Assembly (NCBI GenBank): GCA_016934745.1
Contig: JAFGSF010000005.1
Coordinates: 39,829-103,828 of the forward strand
Direction of reading: 5' to 3'
Length of the DNA: 64,000 nucleotides
Source of the DNA: Candidatus Aminicenantes bacterium
GTDB lineage: Bacteria; Acidobacteriota; Aminicenantia; UBA2199
The notes under the pieces are model-generated. The model was not told the DNA's origin. It ran no database searches and worked only from the letters and a program-made list of their open reading frames with translations. Every line of letters begins with the position of its first letter. The first letter of the stretch is position 1. Shown one piece after another: positions 33,678 to 43,830 of the stretch. A program made the position numbers and the translations under genes.

Positions 33678-34993
33678 AACTCATTGCCGTCATTAAAAAA
33701 GAATACCGGGAAATCGTTAAGAAGAAATCGTTCATCATCTCTACGATTCTGACCCCACTGATCATGGCCGCCTTCATGTTCTTGCCGGTCATGCTGATGA
33801 AAATGGGCAAAGGCGAAAAAACCATCCAGGTAGCCGATTATTCGAATTTTATTTTTGCGGCACTGCAGCAGGTCGAGAAATCGCCACATGCCGGGAAAAA
33901 CGTGCTCAAGAAGCAAAAAACCGATTTTAACCGTGATTACTTGGACCATGACTCAACAGGCGAAGGCAGCAAGCTGAAATTCAAAAAAATAATTACCGCC
34001 GGTCTGTCCGCCGAGGATATCCTGAAACATAGCATTGCTTCCATCCGCAAAAAAGAAATAGATGGCTTCCTGATGATTCCGGCAACCATTAAAAAAGACA
34101 GAAAATTATATTATTATTCGGGCAACATTTCCGATTTTGACACCAACAGCTTTATCAAGGCCGCCATCCGCACCGTCGTTTCCAGGCAAATATTGATTGA
34201 AAAACAAATTGATCCCGAAATCGTTAACGAAGCCACCCGCGACATCGACTTTGAAACCATCAAGGTGAAAAAGGAGGGCACCGCCAAATCAAGCGCCGGC
34301 ATCGAATACATGATGTCCCTGTTCATGCTGGCTATTCTTTTTTCCATTTTGATGGGCTATGGACAACTGATCATGCGCGGCGTACTTGAGGAAAAAAACA
34401 GCCGTATCATCGAAATCCTCATTTCATCCACCAATACCCAGCAGATTTTTTATGGAAAGATCATCGGCATCGGCCTGGCCGGTCTGACCCAGGTCGCCAT
34501 CTGGTTTTTATTCGCCATGGCCCTGGTGGGAAAATTTTCGATCGGCCTGGACAGCGGCATCCTTAATTTCCTGACCCTGGAGATCGGTCTGTATTTCATC
34601 GTATTTTTCATGCTGGGTTTTTTCATGTACGCCATCCTTTTTTCCATAGTCGGAGCCGCGGTCAACACCGACCAGGAAGCCCAGCAGTTCGCCGCCCCTA
34701 TTTCTTACCTGTTGATCATTCCCTTCATCATGGGCATCATGGTTACCCAGAGCCCCAATTCTTCCGTGGCAGTGGTTTCCTCGTTCATTCCGCTGTTCAC
34801 TCCCACCCTGATGTTCATGCGCATCACCGTATCACCGCCTCCCCTGCTGCAGATATTGTCATCCATTCTCCTGAGCCTGGTTTTTATCGCTTTTTTAGCA
34901 TGGCTGGGTGCCAAAATATTCCGCGTCGGCATACTGATGTACGGAAAAAAACCGTCGTTGAAAGAGATTTTTCGCTGGATCAGATACAAATAG
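33674..34993 (+). CDS. ABC-2 transporter permease (NatB/YhaP-like)
   Basis: EEKNSRIIEILISS, GKIIG, GILMYGK. Confidence 0.9.
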   Translation: MKLIAVIKKEYREIVKKKSFIISTILTPLIMAAFMFLPVMLMKMGKGEKTIQVADYSNFIFAALQQVEKSPHAGKNVLKKQKTDFNRDYLDHDSTGEGSKLKFKKIITAGLSAEDILKHSIASIRKKEIDGFLMIPATIKKDRKLYYYSGNISDFDTNSFIKAAIRTVVSRQILIEKQIDPEIVNEATRDIDFETIKVKKEGTAKSSAGIEYMMSLFMLAILFSILMGYGQLIMRGVLEEKNSRIIEILISSTNTQQIFYGKIIGIGLAGLTQVAIWFLFAMALVGKFSIGLDSGILNFLTLEIGLYFIVFFMLGFFMYAILFSIVGAAVNTDQEAQQFAAPISYLLIIPFIMGIMVTQSPNSSVAVVSSFIPLFTPTLMFMRITVSPPPLLQILSSILLSLVFIAFLAWLGAKIFRVGILMYGKKPSLKEIFRWIRYK

Positions 34994-35014
34994 AGTTTTT
35001 ATTGCGGATGACGT

Positions 35015-36214
35015 TCAATCGATGGTTTTATAGGACAAGGCTTCCTTTAAATTGAAAAAATCACTGCCACGCGGCACATTGCGCAGTTTGGTCAGCAATG
35101 TCTGCGGATCGATCAGCTGTTCAAAGGGGACACCGACAATGGAAAAATTGTCCGAAACAGACACCATGCAGTCAAACTGCCTGTTCTTGAACAACTTGAA
35201 AGCCCCGAAGCCGAGCATACTGGCCAATACCACGTCAAAACTGATTGGCAGCGCGTTTCGCGTCTCGTAGCCGATCTGCTTGTAGATAATTTTCTTTTTG
35301 CGGCCGGTGCGTCGTTGGTAGATCGCTTCCGCGACATCGCGCAAGACCCTCCCCACTTCCGCCGCCCCCAGGATGACGTTGCCATGACGATCCTTCTCGG
35401 TCGGCCGGGATTTTTCCGGCAGCTTGTCGGCCAGCCCCTCGGCTACACAGATCACTCCATAATATTTGTCATTTTTTTCCCGCAACAGGATGGTATCAAC
35501 TATTTTTTCAGCCAGCTTTTCCAGGTCCAAAATGTCTTCTTCAACATCCTCGGTGGATACCATTTGTATCGCCTCACCGGCAATTCCGGCCGCGTAGGTC
35601 AGCCAGCCGGCTTTGCGCCCCATCAATTCGGCAATGAAATAGGACCCCGTGCTCTCGGCGTCGGCCTTGAGATTGAGCAGGGCTTCTTGGCTGGCTTGCA
35701 CGCTGCTCCAGTAACCGAAGGTCCAGGCAATGCCGAAATAGTCGTTGTCAATGGTCTTGGGGATATGGATAACCGGCAAACCGAGCCGGCTCAGGAAATT
35801 GGCGGTCTTCAGTGTGTCGTCGCCGCCGATGGTGATCAAACAACCAATGCCTAAGCTGTCCAATGCCTCGAGGATATTGCGCAACCTCTTGTTCTTTTCA
35901 GCATCGTCCAGGTCCTGGGGTGACTTGATCAGGCGGCCGGGATTGGCGCGCGAAGTTTTCAGGAATACCCCGCGCTGATTGCGAATTCTGGATATGGTGG
36001 CATCCAATACTTGGTAATGGACATTGGGCGACAGGCTATAACGGTTTTTGCTATCGTAATCCTCCAGGAACTCGAAGCCAAAAAAAAATCCGATGATGGG
36101 AATTCTGGCATTGATAAAGTTCAGGGCCACCGAAGAGATAACGGCATTGGCGGATGGCGCCGGTCCTCCGGAAAAAAGGATCGCTACTTTTTTATGAGCT
36201 TTGAAATCCAGCAT
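35015..36214 (-). CDS. pfp: 6-phosphofructokinase, PfkA family, probably PPi-dependent
   Basis: SGGPAP, GGDDT, PKTIDND, ELMGR, GYETR. Confidence 0.8.
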   Translation of the reverse strand: MLDFKAHKKVAILFSGGPAPSANAVISSVALNFINARIPIIGFFFGFEFLEDYDSKNRYSLSPNVHYQVLDATISRIRNQRGVFLKTSRANPGRLIKSPQDLDDAEKNKRLRNILEALDSLGIGCLITIGGDDTLKTANFLSRLGLPVIHIPKTIDNDYFGIAWTFGYWSSVQASQEALLNLKADAESTGSYFIAELMGRKAGWLTYAAGIAGEAIQMVSTEDVEEDILDLEKLAEKIVDTILLREKNDKYYGVICVAEGLADKLPEKSRPTEKDRHGNVILGAAEVGRVLRDVAEAIYQRRTGRKKKIIYKQIGYETRNALPISFDVVLASMLGFGAFKLFKNRQFDCMVSVSDNFSIVGVPFEQLIDPQTLLTKLRNVPRGSDFFNLKEALSYKTID

Positions 36215-36221
36215 GACGGCA

Positions 36222-36250
36222 ATGATATCGGATTCGCTTTCCGCTGTCAA
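36222..36250 (-). promoter_or_regulatory. Promoter TTGACA-17-TATCAT, leaderless pfk
   Basis: 7 nt to ATG 36214; no SD. Confidence 0.7.
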
Positions 36251-36323
36251 GCGCCAGCAAACATCCCAAAACGGTTTAACTCAGCCCGGGATGAATCCCG
36301 ATCGTTGTGACCAGCGTGGCGGT

Positions 36324-37703
36324 TCAAACGAGCGGTATTCTCAAGCCGATGAAGATATCCGCCGCCTGGGTTTGGCCGCTGACCAGTGTACTGAAGAGCG
36401 AAGACGACCCGATGAGTAATGGACCCAGCTTAAGGCCTATTCCCAAGCGAAATCCGCCCAAGCCGCCGATGGAACCTGGAATATAAATTCCCAACCAGGG
36501 TTTCTCAATCCGCAACGAAAAATAACTCATGGTCCGCTGGTGAATTCGATACGAATCGCCTTTGCCGCCGCTCAGAGCGATGACCGGATTCAAGTTGAAA
36601 TAGATGCCCTTGAAAATCCTGACATCCACATTCGCATTGATCCTGGCCGGCAAATCCATGGTGAATTTGCCGTTGTCGCTGGGATCGGGAGTGACACCGG
36701 CAATGTTGTTGAGAACCGCGTTGATGTCCGCCTGATTTTCGATGGCATCGAAAACAACGATATCCAGCACATCCACATCGGCATTGAAGTTGCGAGATCC
36801 CAGCTTCTTCTGGTACGTAATGCCTCCCAGGTCCAGAATGGCAAAGCCAATTTTGAATTTGTAATCACTGGATTGCGTCGATTCCCCATTAATGTCCGCT
36901 TCGCCGGTCGCCCCGGACGGGTAGTACTCATACACAGCGCCGATATCCAAACCCACACCCATGGCTTCATTTTTCAGCCAACTATTGTTATCGTTGCCCC
37001 AGGTCAAATTCTGAGTATGTCCGTAGGCAATCTCGGCGGTGACTTTGTCGACAATATCATTGGCAATTTCCAACTGGCTTTGAAAATTACGGACCGTCAA
37101 GGCATAAGCGCCAACACCTTGCAAAAGTTTCAACGTGATGCCGGATCTGAGCCGGTGCGAGCCGCGATTGATCAGCAATCGCCCGTAAGTGAAAGCGTAT
37201 TCTATCCAGTTGTTGGCATTAATGGAAGTATAATCGCTGGAAAAAGAATAATTATTCGCCCCGGCACCCAGCAGGACATCGTACAGCATATTGGCGGCAT
37301 CCAGCGGGATGTCATCCACATTGATCAGAACCCGATTTTTTGTTGAGAATGCCAGGGCGTCTTTAGCCGAGAGCCTCATCAAAAAAGAAGGCCCGATGGC
37401 TTCCACATTGAAAAGGGCACTCGCATTTTTCACTGACTGATTCGGCTTCAGGACATCTTTAATATCCGCTCCACTGGATAATTCACTCTGGTGCATGGAT
37501 AGATAATTATTGTCAGCAGTAACGGACACGGAAAACAAATGGATATCGTACTTCAGGTCGAAGGAAAAAGTATTGGCCGGATTCTGGGACACGGCCAGTA
37601 CCCCCCCCCATTTGGACGTGTTGAAACCCACGCTTTCCTGGGCGAGAACCGGAAGGGCAATCAAGAAGACGAACATGAAAACTGAAAAAAGCGATCTTTT
37701 CAT
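36324..37703 (-). CDS. Outer-membrane beta-barrel protein, DUF5723-like
   Basis: Signal peptide, QNPA, KLLQG, G-x-G-x-DIG, alternating strands, C-terminal GLRIP. Confidence 0.65.
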   Translation of the reverse strand: MKRSLFSVFMFVFLIALPVLAQESVGFNTSKWGGVLAVSQNPANTFSFDLKYDIHLFSVSVTADNNYLSMHQSELSSGADIKDVLKPNQSVKNASALFNVEAIGPSFLMRLSAKDALAFSTKNRVLINVDDIPLDAANMLYDVLLGAGANNYSFSSDYTSINANNWIEYAFTYGRLLINRGSHRLRSGITLKLLQGVGAYALTVRNFQSQLEIANDIVDKVTAEIAYGHTQNLTWGNDNNSWLKNEAMGVGLDIGAVYEYYPSGATGEADINGESTQSSDYKFKIGFAILDLGGITYQKKLGSRNFNADVDVLDIVVFDAIENQADINAVLNNIAGVTPDPSDNGKFTMDLPARINANVDVRIFKGIYFNLNPVIALSGGKGDSYRIHQRTMSYFSLRIEKPWLGIYIPGSIGGLGGFRLGIGLKLGPLLIGSSSLFSTLVSGQTQAADIFIGLRIPLV

Positions 37704-37738
37704 TTTCCCTCTCTTGTTGAATTTGGCATAAATATACC

Positions 37739-38815
37739 TTAGGCAGCTGAAAGTTTCAGTATTTCAATGAGCATGGCCAAAGCCTTCTCCATATCCGCGA
37801 CATGAATATGCTCGCTGGTGGAATGCTCGTCGCGGGCGCCGATGCCGACAACCGCCATTTCAATGCCCTGGTTGTTATAAATGGAGGCATCGGTGAAGCC
37901 GGTAATGAACGTGGTCTTGGCCTGGATGCCGACCGTCGCCAGTGCCTTTTGAGCCGTGACCACAGTCCAGGCATCGGGGGGAATCTGCACGGCGCGGCAG
38001 AGATTATTAGTTTTGATGTCAACCTGGGCGCCGGCTGCAGCCGTTTCGCGGCGTATAATGTCCTCCATTTCAGTAGCCAGGGCCTGGGCCTTGTCATGCT
38101 GCAGGCTGCGGCACTCGGCCAGGAAAGAAGCCGAATCGGGAACCCCGTTACGGATTATGCCGCCCTTGAATACGCCGACATTGGCCGTGGTTTCGTGATC
38201 CAGACGCCCCAAACGCAGGGCGGCAATGGCCTTGGCAGCGGCGAGGATGGCGTTGACGCCTTTTTCGGGCTCCATGCCGGCATGGGCCGAACGACCCTTG
38301 ATATCGACATCGATGGCGAAATAGGAAGGACCGCCGATAACGATGGTATCGAGAGTGTCGTTGTCCAGCAGAAAGCCGCGCTTGGCGCTCAGCAGGCTGA
38401 AATCCAGGTTTTTAACGCCCAGCAGACCCACTTCCTCCTGGCGGCTGATGGCCACTTCAAGCGGCGGCCGCACTTCGGCCAGGCGCAGCGCTTCGAGCAT
38501 TTCGGCAATGCCGGCCTTGTCGTCGGCGCCCAGGATGGTATCGCCCTGGGAACGTATTACGCCGTCCTCGATTTTCGGCTGGATGCCCCGGCCGGGCATG
38601 ACCGTATCGGCATGGCAGGAAAGGAGAATCGCTTCTTTGCTGGAGCTATTTTTAGGAGAGATTCTGGCCACCAGGTTGCCGTAATCATCGGTACGGGCAT
38701 CGGCACCCAATTTTTTGAATTCAGCCAGGAGATAATCGATGAAACAGGCTTCGTTGCCCGATTCGCTGTCTATGCGGACCATTTCTATGAACTGTTGGAT
38801 CATTCTTTCATTCAT
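37739..38815 (-). CDS. M20 family peptidase (peptidase T-like)
   Basis: HADTV, LGADDKAG, QEEVG, AHAG, TDAS, HSTSE. Confidence 0.9.
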   Translation of the reverse strand: MNERMIQQFIEMVRIDSESGNEACFIDYLLAEFKKLGADARTDDYGNLVARISPKNSSSKEAILLSCHADTVMPGRGIQPKIEDGVIRSQGDTILGADDKAGIAEMLEALRLAEVRPPLEVAISRQEEVGLLGVKNLDFSLLSAKRGFLLDNDTLDTIVIGGPSYFAIDVDIKGRSAHAGMEPEKGVNAILAAAKAIAALRLGRLDHETTANVGVFKGGIIRNGVPDSASFLAECRSLQHDKAQALATEMEDIIRRETAAAGAQVDIKTNNLCRAVQIPPDAWTVVTAQKALATVGIQAKTTFITGFTDASIYNNQGIEMAVVGIGARDEHSTSEHIHVADMEKALAMLIEILKLSAA

Positions 38816-38866
38816 TTTTCACCTTGCCTTTGTTTCTTATAATTATTGTATAGAACTAAGAACATT

Positions 38867-38895
38867 TTGTAAACAGAAAGATTTTGGTGTATAAA
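38867..38895 (+). promoter_or_regulatory. Promoter TTGTAA-17-TATAAA, leaderless
   Basis: 6 nt to ATG 38902. Confidence 0.5.
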
Positions 38896-38901
38896 GGAGT
38901 C

Positions 38902-39300
38902 ATGAAAGATTTCAATGATGATCAAAACTGTTTTGTTTGCGGCATGGGGAATATGGCCGGACTCAAGATCGAATTCCATCAAGATTCCCAGAGCCAGGAA
39001 ACCACGGCTGAGGTCATATTTCCAAAGCATCTGCAAGGCTGGCAGGACACCGTTCACGGCGGTTTGCTGGCCACGGTACTGGACGAGACCATGATCAAAT
39101 CGGCGGCCGCTTCAGGGATCAAGTGCGTCACCGCTGAAATCACCGTCAAATATAAAAAACCGGCTATGACCGGGACGGCCTATCATGTTTTCGGAAAGAC
39201 GCTGGAAAATCGCGGGCGGATAATCACCGCCGAGAGCCGCCTCACTGACGCCGCCGGACAGGTTTATGCCCAGGCAACGGGGAAATTGTTTAAAATATGA
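38902..39300 (+). CDS. PaaI family thioesterase
   Basis: CFVCG-x-x-N-x-x-GL, HGGLLATVLDE. Confidence 0.88.
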   Translation: MKDFNDDQNCFVCGMGNMAGLKIEFHQDSQSQETTAEVIFPKHLQGWQDTVHGGLLATVLDETMIKSAAASGIKCVTAEITVKYKKPAMTGTAYHVFGKTLENRGRIITAESRLTDAAGQVYAQATGKLFKI

Positions 39301-39411
39301 AAACATTGCATTTTTTATATTTTAACATACGGTAGGGGTTCAATCCGAGATCATACGAGCTTTAAGACAGTCGCTACATCGTGGTTCCAAAAGTATTTTC
39401 AACCGCCTAGT

Positions 39412-40443
39412 TTAAAAGGTCTTGGTTAGTTCGAATATTTCCTGCGGAAATATTTTTTTAAAGCAACTTCGGTGACGGCATTCGGGGAATGCACCGTCAT
39501 GATAACAGGGGGAGCATTCCAGATCCTCCCCTTTCCAGACGACGATATTGCCGGCAGTGAGCGGTTTTTTTTCCTCGGGATGGGTCGGCCCAAAAATGGC
39601 AATGATTTTCGCACCGACGGCATCAGCCAGATGCATCAAGCCCGAATCGTTGCTAACCACCAACCGGGATTTTTTCAACAACACGGCGGCTTCGCTCAAG
39701 CTGGTTTGACCGCAGAAATCAATTACCTGCGGCTGTGCCTCAATGATCAGCCGGGAAATCTTTTGATCGCCGCGGCTACCCAGCAGCACCACCTGGCGGC
39801 CGGAAGCAACCAACAAGCCGGCCAGGGCGGCAAAGTTTTCAGTTCCCCAGCGCCGGCTGTCCATTTCCTCCTTGACGTTAGCGGCCCCGCCGGGGACCAG
39901 GACCACGTAATCGCTGATCTGTTTTTCCCGCAAAAATTTTGCCTCGGCAGCATTAACGGCATCCGCCCCAACCAGAAATTCCATTTTAAAATCCAGGCAA
40001 AAAATACCCTGCGTCTTCAATAGGTCACAGTAATGAAAGATATGGTGTTTGACACCTTCAACAGCGACACGGGTAGTCAAGAGCCTTGATTTTCGGCCGC
40101 GGGCAAAGCCGATCCTTTTTTTGCAGCCTGCTAAAAAAAGAATGATGTTGAAACGCCAGTCGCGGTGAAAATTGAAGCCCAGGTCTATTTTTTCACGACG
40201 CAGACGCCATGATATTTTCAACACTTCCCACAACTTGGCCAAGAAAGCGCCCCTGAAAATCCTGGCATCGTCCAGGGTGTAGATCTGGTCGAGATGGGGA
40301 TTACCTTCGACCACAGGGACAATGGACAAACCGGCCAACAGGATAACCCGGTCGACGGCAGGATTGAGTTTGAGTGCCCGCAACGCCGGAGTTGCCATCA
40401 GGAAATCACCGATGGCCGCTATTTTTACTACCAGGACATTCAC
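39412..40443 (-). CDS. waaF: GT9 lipopolysaccharide heptosyltransferase
   Basis: AIGD, PGGA, RRW, GQTSL, NDSGLMH, FGPT, CSPC; GTGA overlap with the upstream gene. Confidence 0.75.
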   Translation of the reverse strand: MNVLVVKIAAIGDFLMATPALRALKLNPAVDRVILLAGLSIVPVVEGNPHLDQIYTLDDARIFRGAFLAKLWEVLKISWRLRREKIDLGFNFHRDWRFNIILFLAGCKKRIGFARGRKSRLLTTRVAVEGVKHHIFHYCDLLKTQGIFCLDFKMEFLVGADAVNAAEAKFLREKQISDYVVLVPGGAANVKEEMDSRRWGTENFAALAGLLVASGRQVVLLGSRGDQKISRLIIEAQPQVIDFCGQTSLSEAAVLLKKSRLVVSNDSGLMHLADAVGAKIIAIFGPTHPEEKKPLTAGNIVVWKGEDLECSPCYHDGAFPECRHRSCFKKIFPQEIFELTKTF

Positions 40444-41375
40444 CCTGGGAACTCCCGCCAATAATCAAGCAGGTCGAGCAATGTCTTTTCCATGGCAATT
40501 TCCGGGCGCAAGCCGAATTCGCCGCGTATGCGTGAGGGATCGCCGTTAATCTGCGGATTGTCCAGAGGCCTGAATTTAGCGGCATCGACCTCCACTCGTA
40601 TCGGCTTTGCCGCCTGGGCAAGCAAAACATCGAGAATCGTTTTAATCGAGTAACTGCAGCCTGAACATAAATTATATACTTCTCCGCCCTGCCCCTTCTG
40701 GCCCAGTACCCATACAAATCTAGCTATGTCACGAACATCGGAAAAATCTCGTACAGCTGCCAGGTTGCCGACGCGGATAACGGCTTTTTGTCTGCCTTTT
40801 TCAATGGCAGCGATCTGGCTGGCGAAATCGGAAGCCACGAATTTAGCATCCTGGCCTGGACCGGTAAAATTAAATGCCCTGAGCTTGCAGACATTCAAGC
40901 CGTGTGCTTTCCAGTACAAGTCGCCCAGCATTTCCATGGCCAGTTTGGAGACAGCGTAAGGATTCTGGCTTTCAACCGGACTAGCCTCATGGATGGGTGT
41001 TTCCCCACCACCGCGATATACTTCTGCTGAACTCATCAACACCACCCGGGCATGGGGCATTACCGGCAAAATAGCTTCGAGCAGATTGGAGCTGCCCATG
41101 AAATTGACTTCATAGGTCATCGCGGGGTTCTTCCAGGCAAATCCGACATGGGTTACCGCCGCCAGATGATAAATGACATCGGGGCGAATGGAAGCCACCA
41201 TATGCAGCACATCGTCGCGTCGACGGATATCCACCTGGCTGACCTCGACCTGCGGGTAACTGAATCCAGGCACTTCGGTCATGCCGAACACCTTATTTTC
41301 ATTGTCGCGTGCCAATAATTTCAGCAGATGTGAAGCTAAAAATCCCGAGCAACCGGTAAGCAAGATCTTATTCAT
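40440..41375 (-). CDS. GDP-mannose 4,6-dehydratase/Rmd-like SDR epimerase
   Basis: TGCSGF, HLAA, SSAEVY, YAVSK, FNFTGPGQ, RDFSDVRD. Confidence 0.85.
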   Translation of the reverse strand: MNKILLTGCSGFLASHLLKLLARDNENKVFGMTEVPGFSYPQVEVSQVDIRRRDDVLHMVASIRPDVIYHLAAVTHVGFAWKNPAMTYEVNFMGSSNLLEAILPVMPHARVVLMSSAEVYRGGGETPIHEASPVESQNPYAVSKLAMEMLGDLYWKAHGLNVCKLRAFNFTGPGQDAKFVASDFASQIAAIEKGRQKAVIRVGNLAAVRDFSDVRDIARFVWVLGQKGQGGEVYNLCSGCSYSIKTILDVLLAQAAKPIRVEVDAAKFRPLDNPQINGDPSRIRGEFGLRPEIAMEKTLLDLLDYWREFPG

Positions 41376-41444
41376 GGTTCATTCACTGCGACCAGCTGCC
41401 GTCCTTGCAATTCCCTTTTTATTTAGCATGGAATCATCCCGGCC

Positions 41445-43640
41445 CTAAAAAAAAGGATTTCCCGTTCCAAAGTTTCCCAGAGTGGGGAATATCTTGTAGT
41501 CGCTTTGCAGCTTCCCATTCAGCAAGTAAAGGCTGAAATTGGCGTTGATGGTGATGCACTGGAAATCAAATGTGGCCTTCAGATAACAGCCGGTAAACTG
41601 CTTGCGGATAAAATCATATTCGACATCAACCGTCATAAAAAATGGGAAACGGGGAATTTTCAGGCTCAGGTCGCCGCCAAGCAGAGACTGAACCGAAGGA
41701 TGGTCGGTTGGGCCATAAGGGCTGCAATATTTTCTATAATAAAATCCTCCCGTGAGCGGGGCATCCGGTTTGGCATAGTTCATATGGAAATTGACATTGT
41801 AAAGACGCCGGAACAAATCTGTCTGATAATAATTGTAAGAGAGTTGTGCCGTTAGCGAAAAATATTCACCGGGATTGAAATTCACGGTGCCGCTGAGATC
41901 GGAAAAAGCAGGATATTGCTCATTGATTTTCATTCCACGATTTGCCGTTTCCGGATCCAGATAAAAACTTTGTTCGATTTTCAACAAGAGCAGCTCACGC
42001 GGTGCTTCTCCCCCATCTTTTTTTTTCATCAACAGCCGAGAGACCAAAGAGAAAGTCGCCCGTGAAGAAAATCCAAAATCACCATCGCTGACCCGGATAA
42101 TGCGATCGCTGTTTTTAGCTTTAGTCGCATAAAAGAAATTGAAATTGGGTTCGATGACATGCAAATATTTATTGGCAGAAGCCGCGTAGCTGCGCGTGAA
42201 TGACGGCCCCTTGAGATTGACCTGCATGGTCTGATACTGCAGTGTGACGGGTTCATCGATAATCTCTCCCGTTTGTGGGTCAAGGCTGCGGGCATAAAAT
42301 GAATTGCGGGCACTGACAGCCAGGGATGATTTCAACCATGAGGCATTAATCAGATCCAATGTATAGCCAGGATCCATCCTTATTTTTTGGGATGGCTGGC
42401 CATAAATGAAGTCTGGCTGCACGGTCTGGACTTCGCCGCTACGCATGCTCCTTTCATAAGAAAGATAAAAGCTGAACCGGCCCGGGAAAGGACCCAACCT
42501 TTGAGGCTTCATGCTTAAGGAAAGGGCGGGGAACCTGTCATCCTTCTCGGATTCGTCTGTATTGATATTGTACGTTTGGCTACGCGAAGCAGCCATATTC
42601 AAAGTGAAAACTGAAAAATGGCTGGTCCATGATAAAGCGGAACGAAAAGTCATCAAATTGAATCGTTCAAATCCCGTGTCCAGATACCTCAATACCTCCG
42701 GAGCTCCAGGCAGACGCGACTGGATGGATAGCTGGGAATTGAGAAACGGAATATCCTGTTGATGGCTCATGTCCAGGACAAAATTATTGCCGTTCAGCTT
42801 CAAACGCTCAATATCTTCCGCACGGATCAGATTGTCGACGTCTGCTTTCACTCCAATGCCAGGAAACAAACTGAAAAAACGAATATTGCCGTTGGCATGA
42901 CGAAAAAGATAACGCAATTCCTCACTCAAACCCAAACCCAGATTCTGATAATAATCAAGATTCAGGGTCAGATCGATATTGGACTTGATCTCCCAAAAAA
43001 ACGAACTCTGGACAAAAAGACCGCGCAGCGATGAATTACCTACAGCGGGGATTAAGAAACCGGTGGAACGGCCATCCTTTTTGACCGGATAACGCAGGAA
43101 AGGCAGGAAAAAAACCGGGATATTTTTTATGCGAAACACCACATCCTGCAATTCAATGTATTTTTCTTTTTTTATTTTCCCCATGCGGCCGGTGATTTTC
43201 CAACGCGGAACAATCTGGGAACAGGAGGAGAAATCGAGGCGTTGAAAAGTCAGCGTCTCCGCGTCAACCTGGGTAATCTTGTCGGTCTGGTATCTGACAA
43301 AGGGACTCATCAGGCCGTAGGTATCGATCAGTTCGCCCGAACGTGTTTTTAAATTAAATTTCAATTTTTCACCGCTGAGAACCGAATCCTTACTGGTCAT
43401 GGTAACCCGGCCTTCTGCAAATAATTCCTTGCTCTTCTGGTTGAATTCGACGACATCGGCATAGATGATGTAATCCTGCCATATGATTTCCACGTTGCCG
43501 GAAGCTCTAAGGAAATCTTCGCGGATGATCTGATTATCGGCCCGAATTTGCGGAGCTTCGTCATCCGTTTGAGCCTTGAGCAGCCATGCGGACCCGCAAA
43601 GCATAAAAACAAGGGCGAATGTCACTGCATTTTTTTTCAT
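41445..43640 (-). CDS. lptD: LPS-assembly protein LptD
   Basis: Signal peptide, OstA-like N-domain (ASGNV, AEGRV, FSSC), RSTGFLIP, beta-barrel, QC near the C-terminus. Confidence 0.85.
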   Translation of the reverse strand: MKKNAVTFALVFMLCGSAWLLKAQTDDEAPQIRADNQIIREDFLRASGNVEIIWQDYIIYADVVEFNQKSKELFAEGRVTMTSKDSVLSGEKLKFNLKTRSGELIDTYGLMSPFVRYQTDKITQVDAETLTFQRLDFSSCSQIVPRWKITGRMGKIKKEKYIELQDVVFRIKNIPVFFLPFLRYPVKKDGRSTGFLIPAVGNSSLRGLFVQSSFFWEIKSNIDLTLNLDYYQNLGLGLSEELRYLFRHANGNIRFFSLFPGIGVKADVDNLIRAEDIERLKLNGNNFVLDMSHQQDIPFLNSQLSIQSRLPGAPEVLRYLDTGFERFNLMTFRSALSWTSHFSVFTLNMAASRSQTYNINTDESEKDDRFPALSLSMKPQRLGPFPGRFSFYLSYERSMRSGEVQTVQPDFIYGQPSQKIRMDPGYTLDLINASWLKSSLAVSARNSFYARSLDPQTGEIIDEPVTLQYQTMQVNLKGPSFTRSYAASANKYLHVIEPNFNFFYATKAKNSDRIIRVSDGDFGFSSRATFSLVSRLLMKKKDGGEAPRELLLLKIEQSFYLDPETANRGMKINEQYPAFSDLSGTVNFNPGEYFSLTAQLSYNYYQTDLFRRLYNVNFHMNYAKPDAPLTGGFYYRKYCSPYGPTDHPSVQSLLGGDLSLKIPRFPFFMTVDVEYDFIRKQFTGCYLKATFDFQCITINANFSLYLLNGKLQSDYKIFPTLGNFGTGNPFF

Positions 43641-43649
43641 TGATATTGA

Positions 43650-43679
43650 AATCTAACATACTTCACCCGGCCTAGGCAA
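43650..43679 (-). promoter_or_regulatory. Promoter TTGCCT-18-TAGATT, near-leaderless lptD
   Basis: 9 nt to ATG 43640; no SD. Confidence 0.45.
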
Positions 43680-43795
43680 TAGATAAACACTTTTTTACCG
43701 ATAGTCCGCAATAATCGCCTGCCTGCCCTGACTACGAAATGTGCTTGATTAATCATACTGCGGCAAATCCCCACTTCAAACCCCGACCAGGCAAC

Positions 43796-43824
43796 CTGAC
43801 GGTGAACGGAAATTATGCTACTAT
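43796..43824 (+). promoter_or_regulatory. Promoter CTGACG-17-TACTAT with extended TG, leaderless
   Basis: 6 nt to ATG 43831. Confidence 0.55.
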
Positions 43825-43830
43825 ATATGC

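Noticed and set aside
37802..38842. 346-aa antisense ORF
   Set aside because: Mirror frame of the M20 peptidase.
39330..39350. GGTTCAATCC resembling a tRNA T-loop
   Set aside because: No acceptor, D or anticodon stems can be formed.
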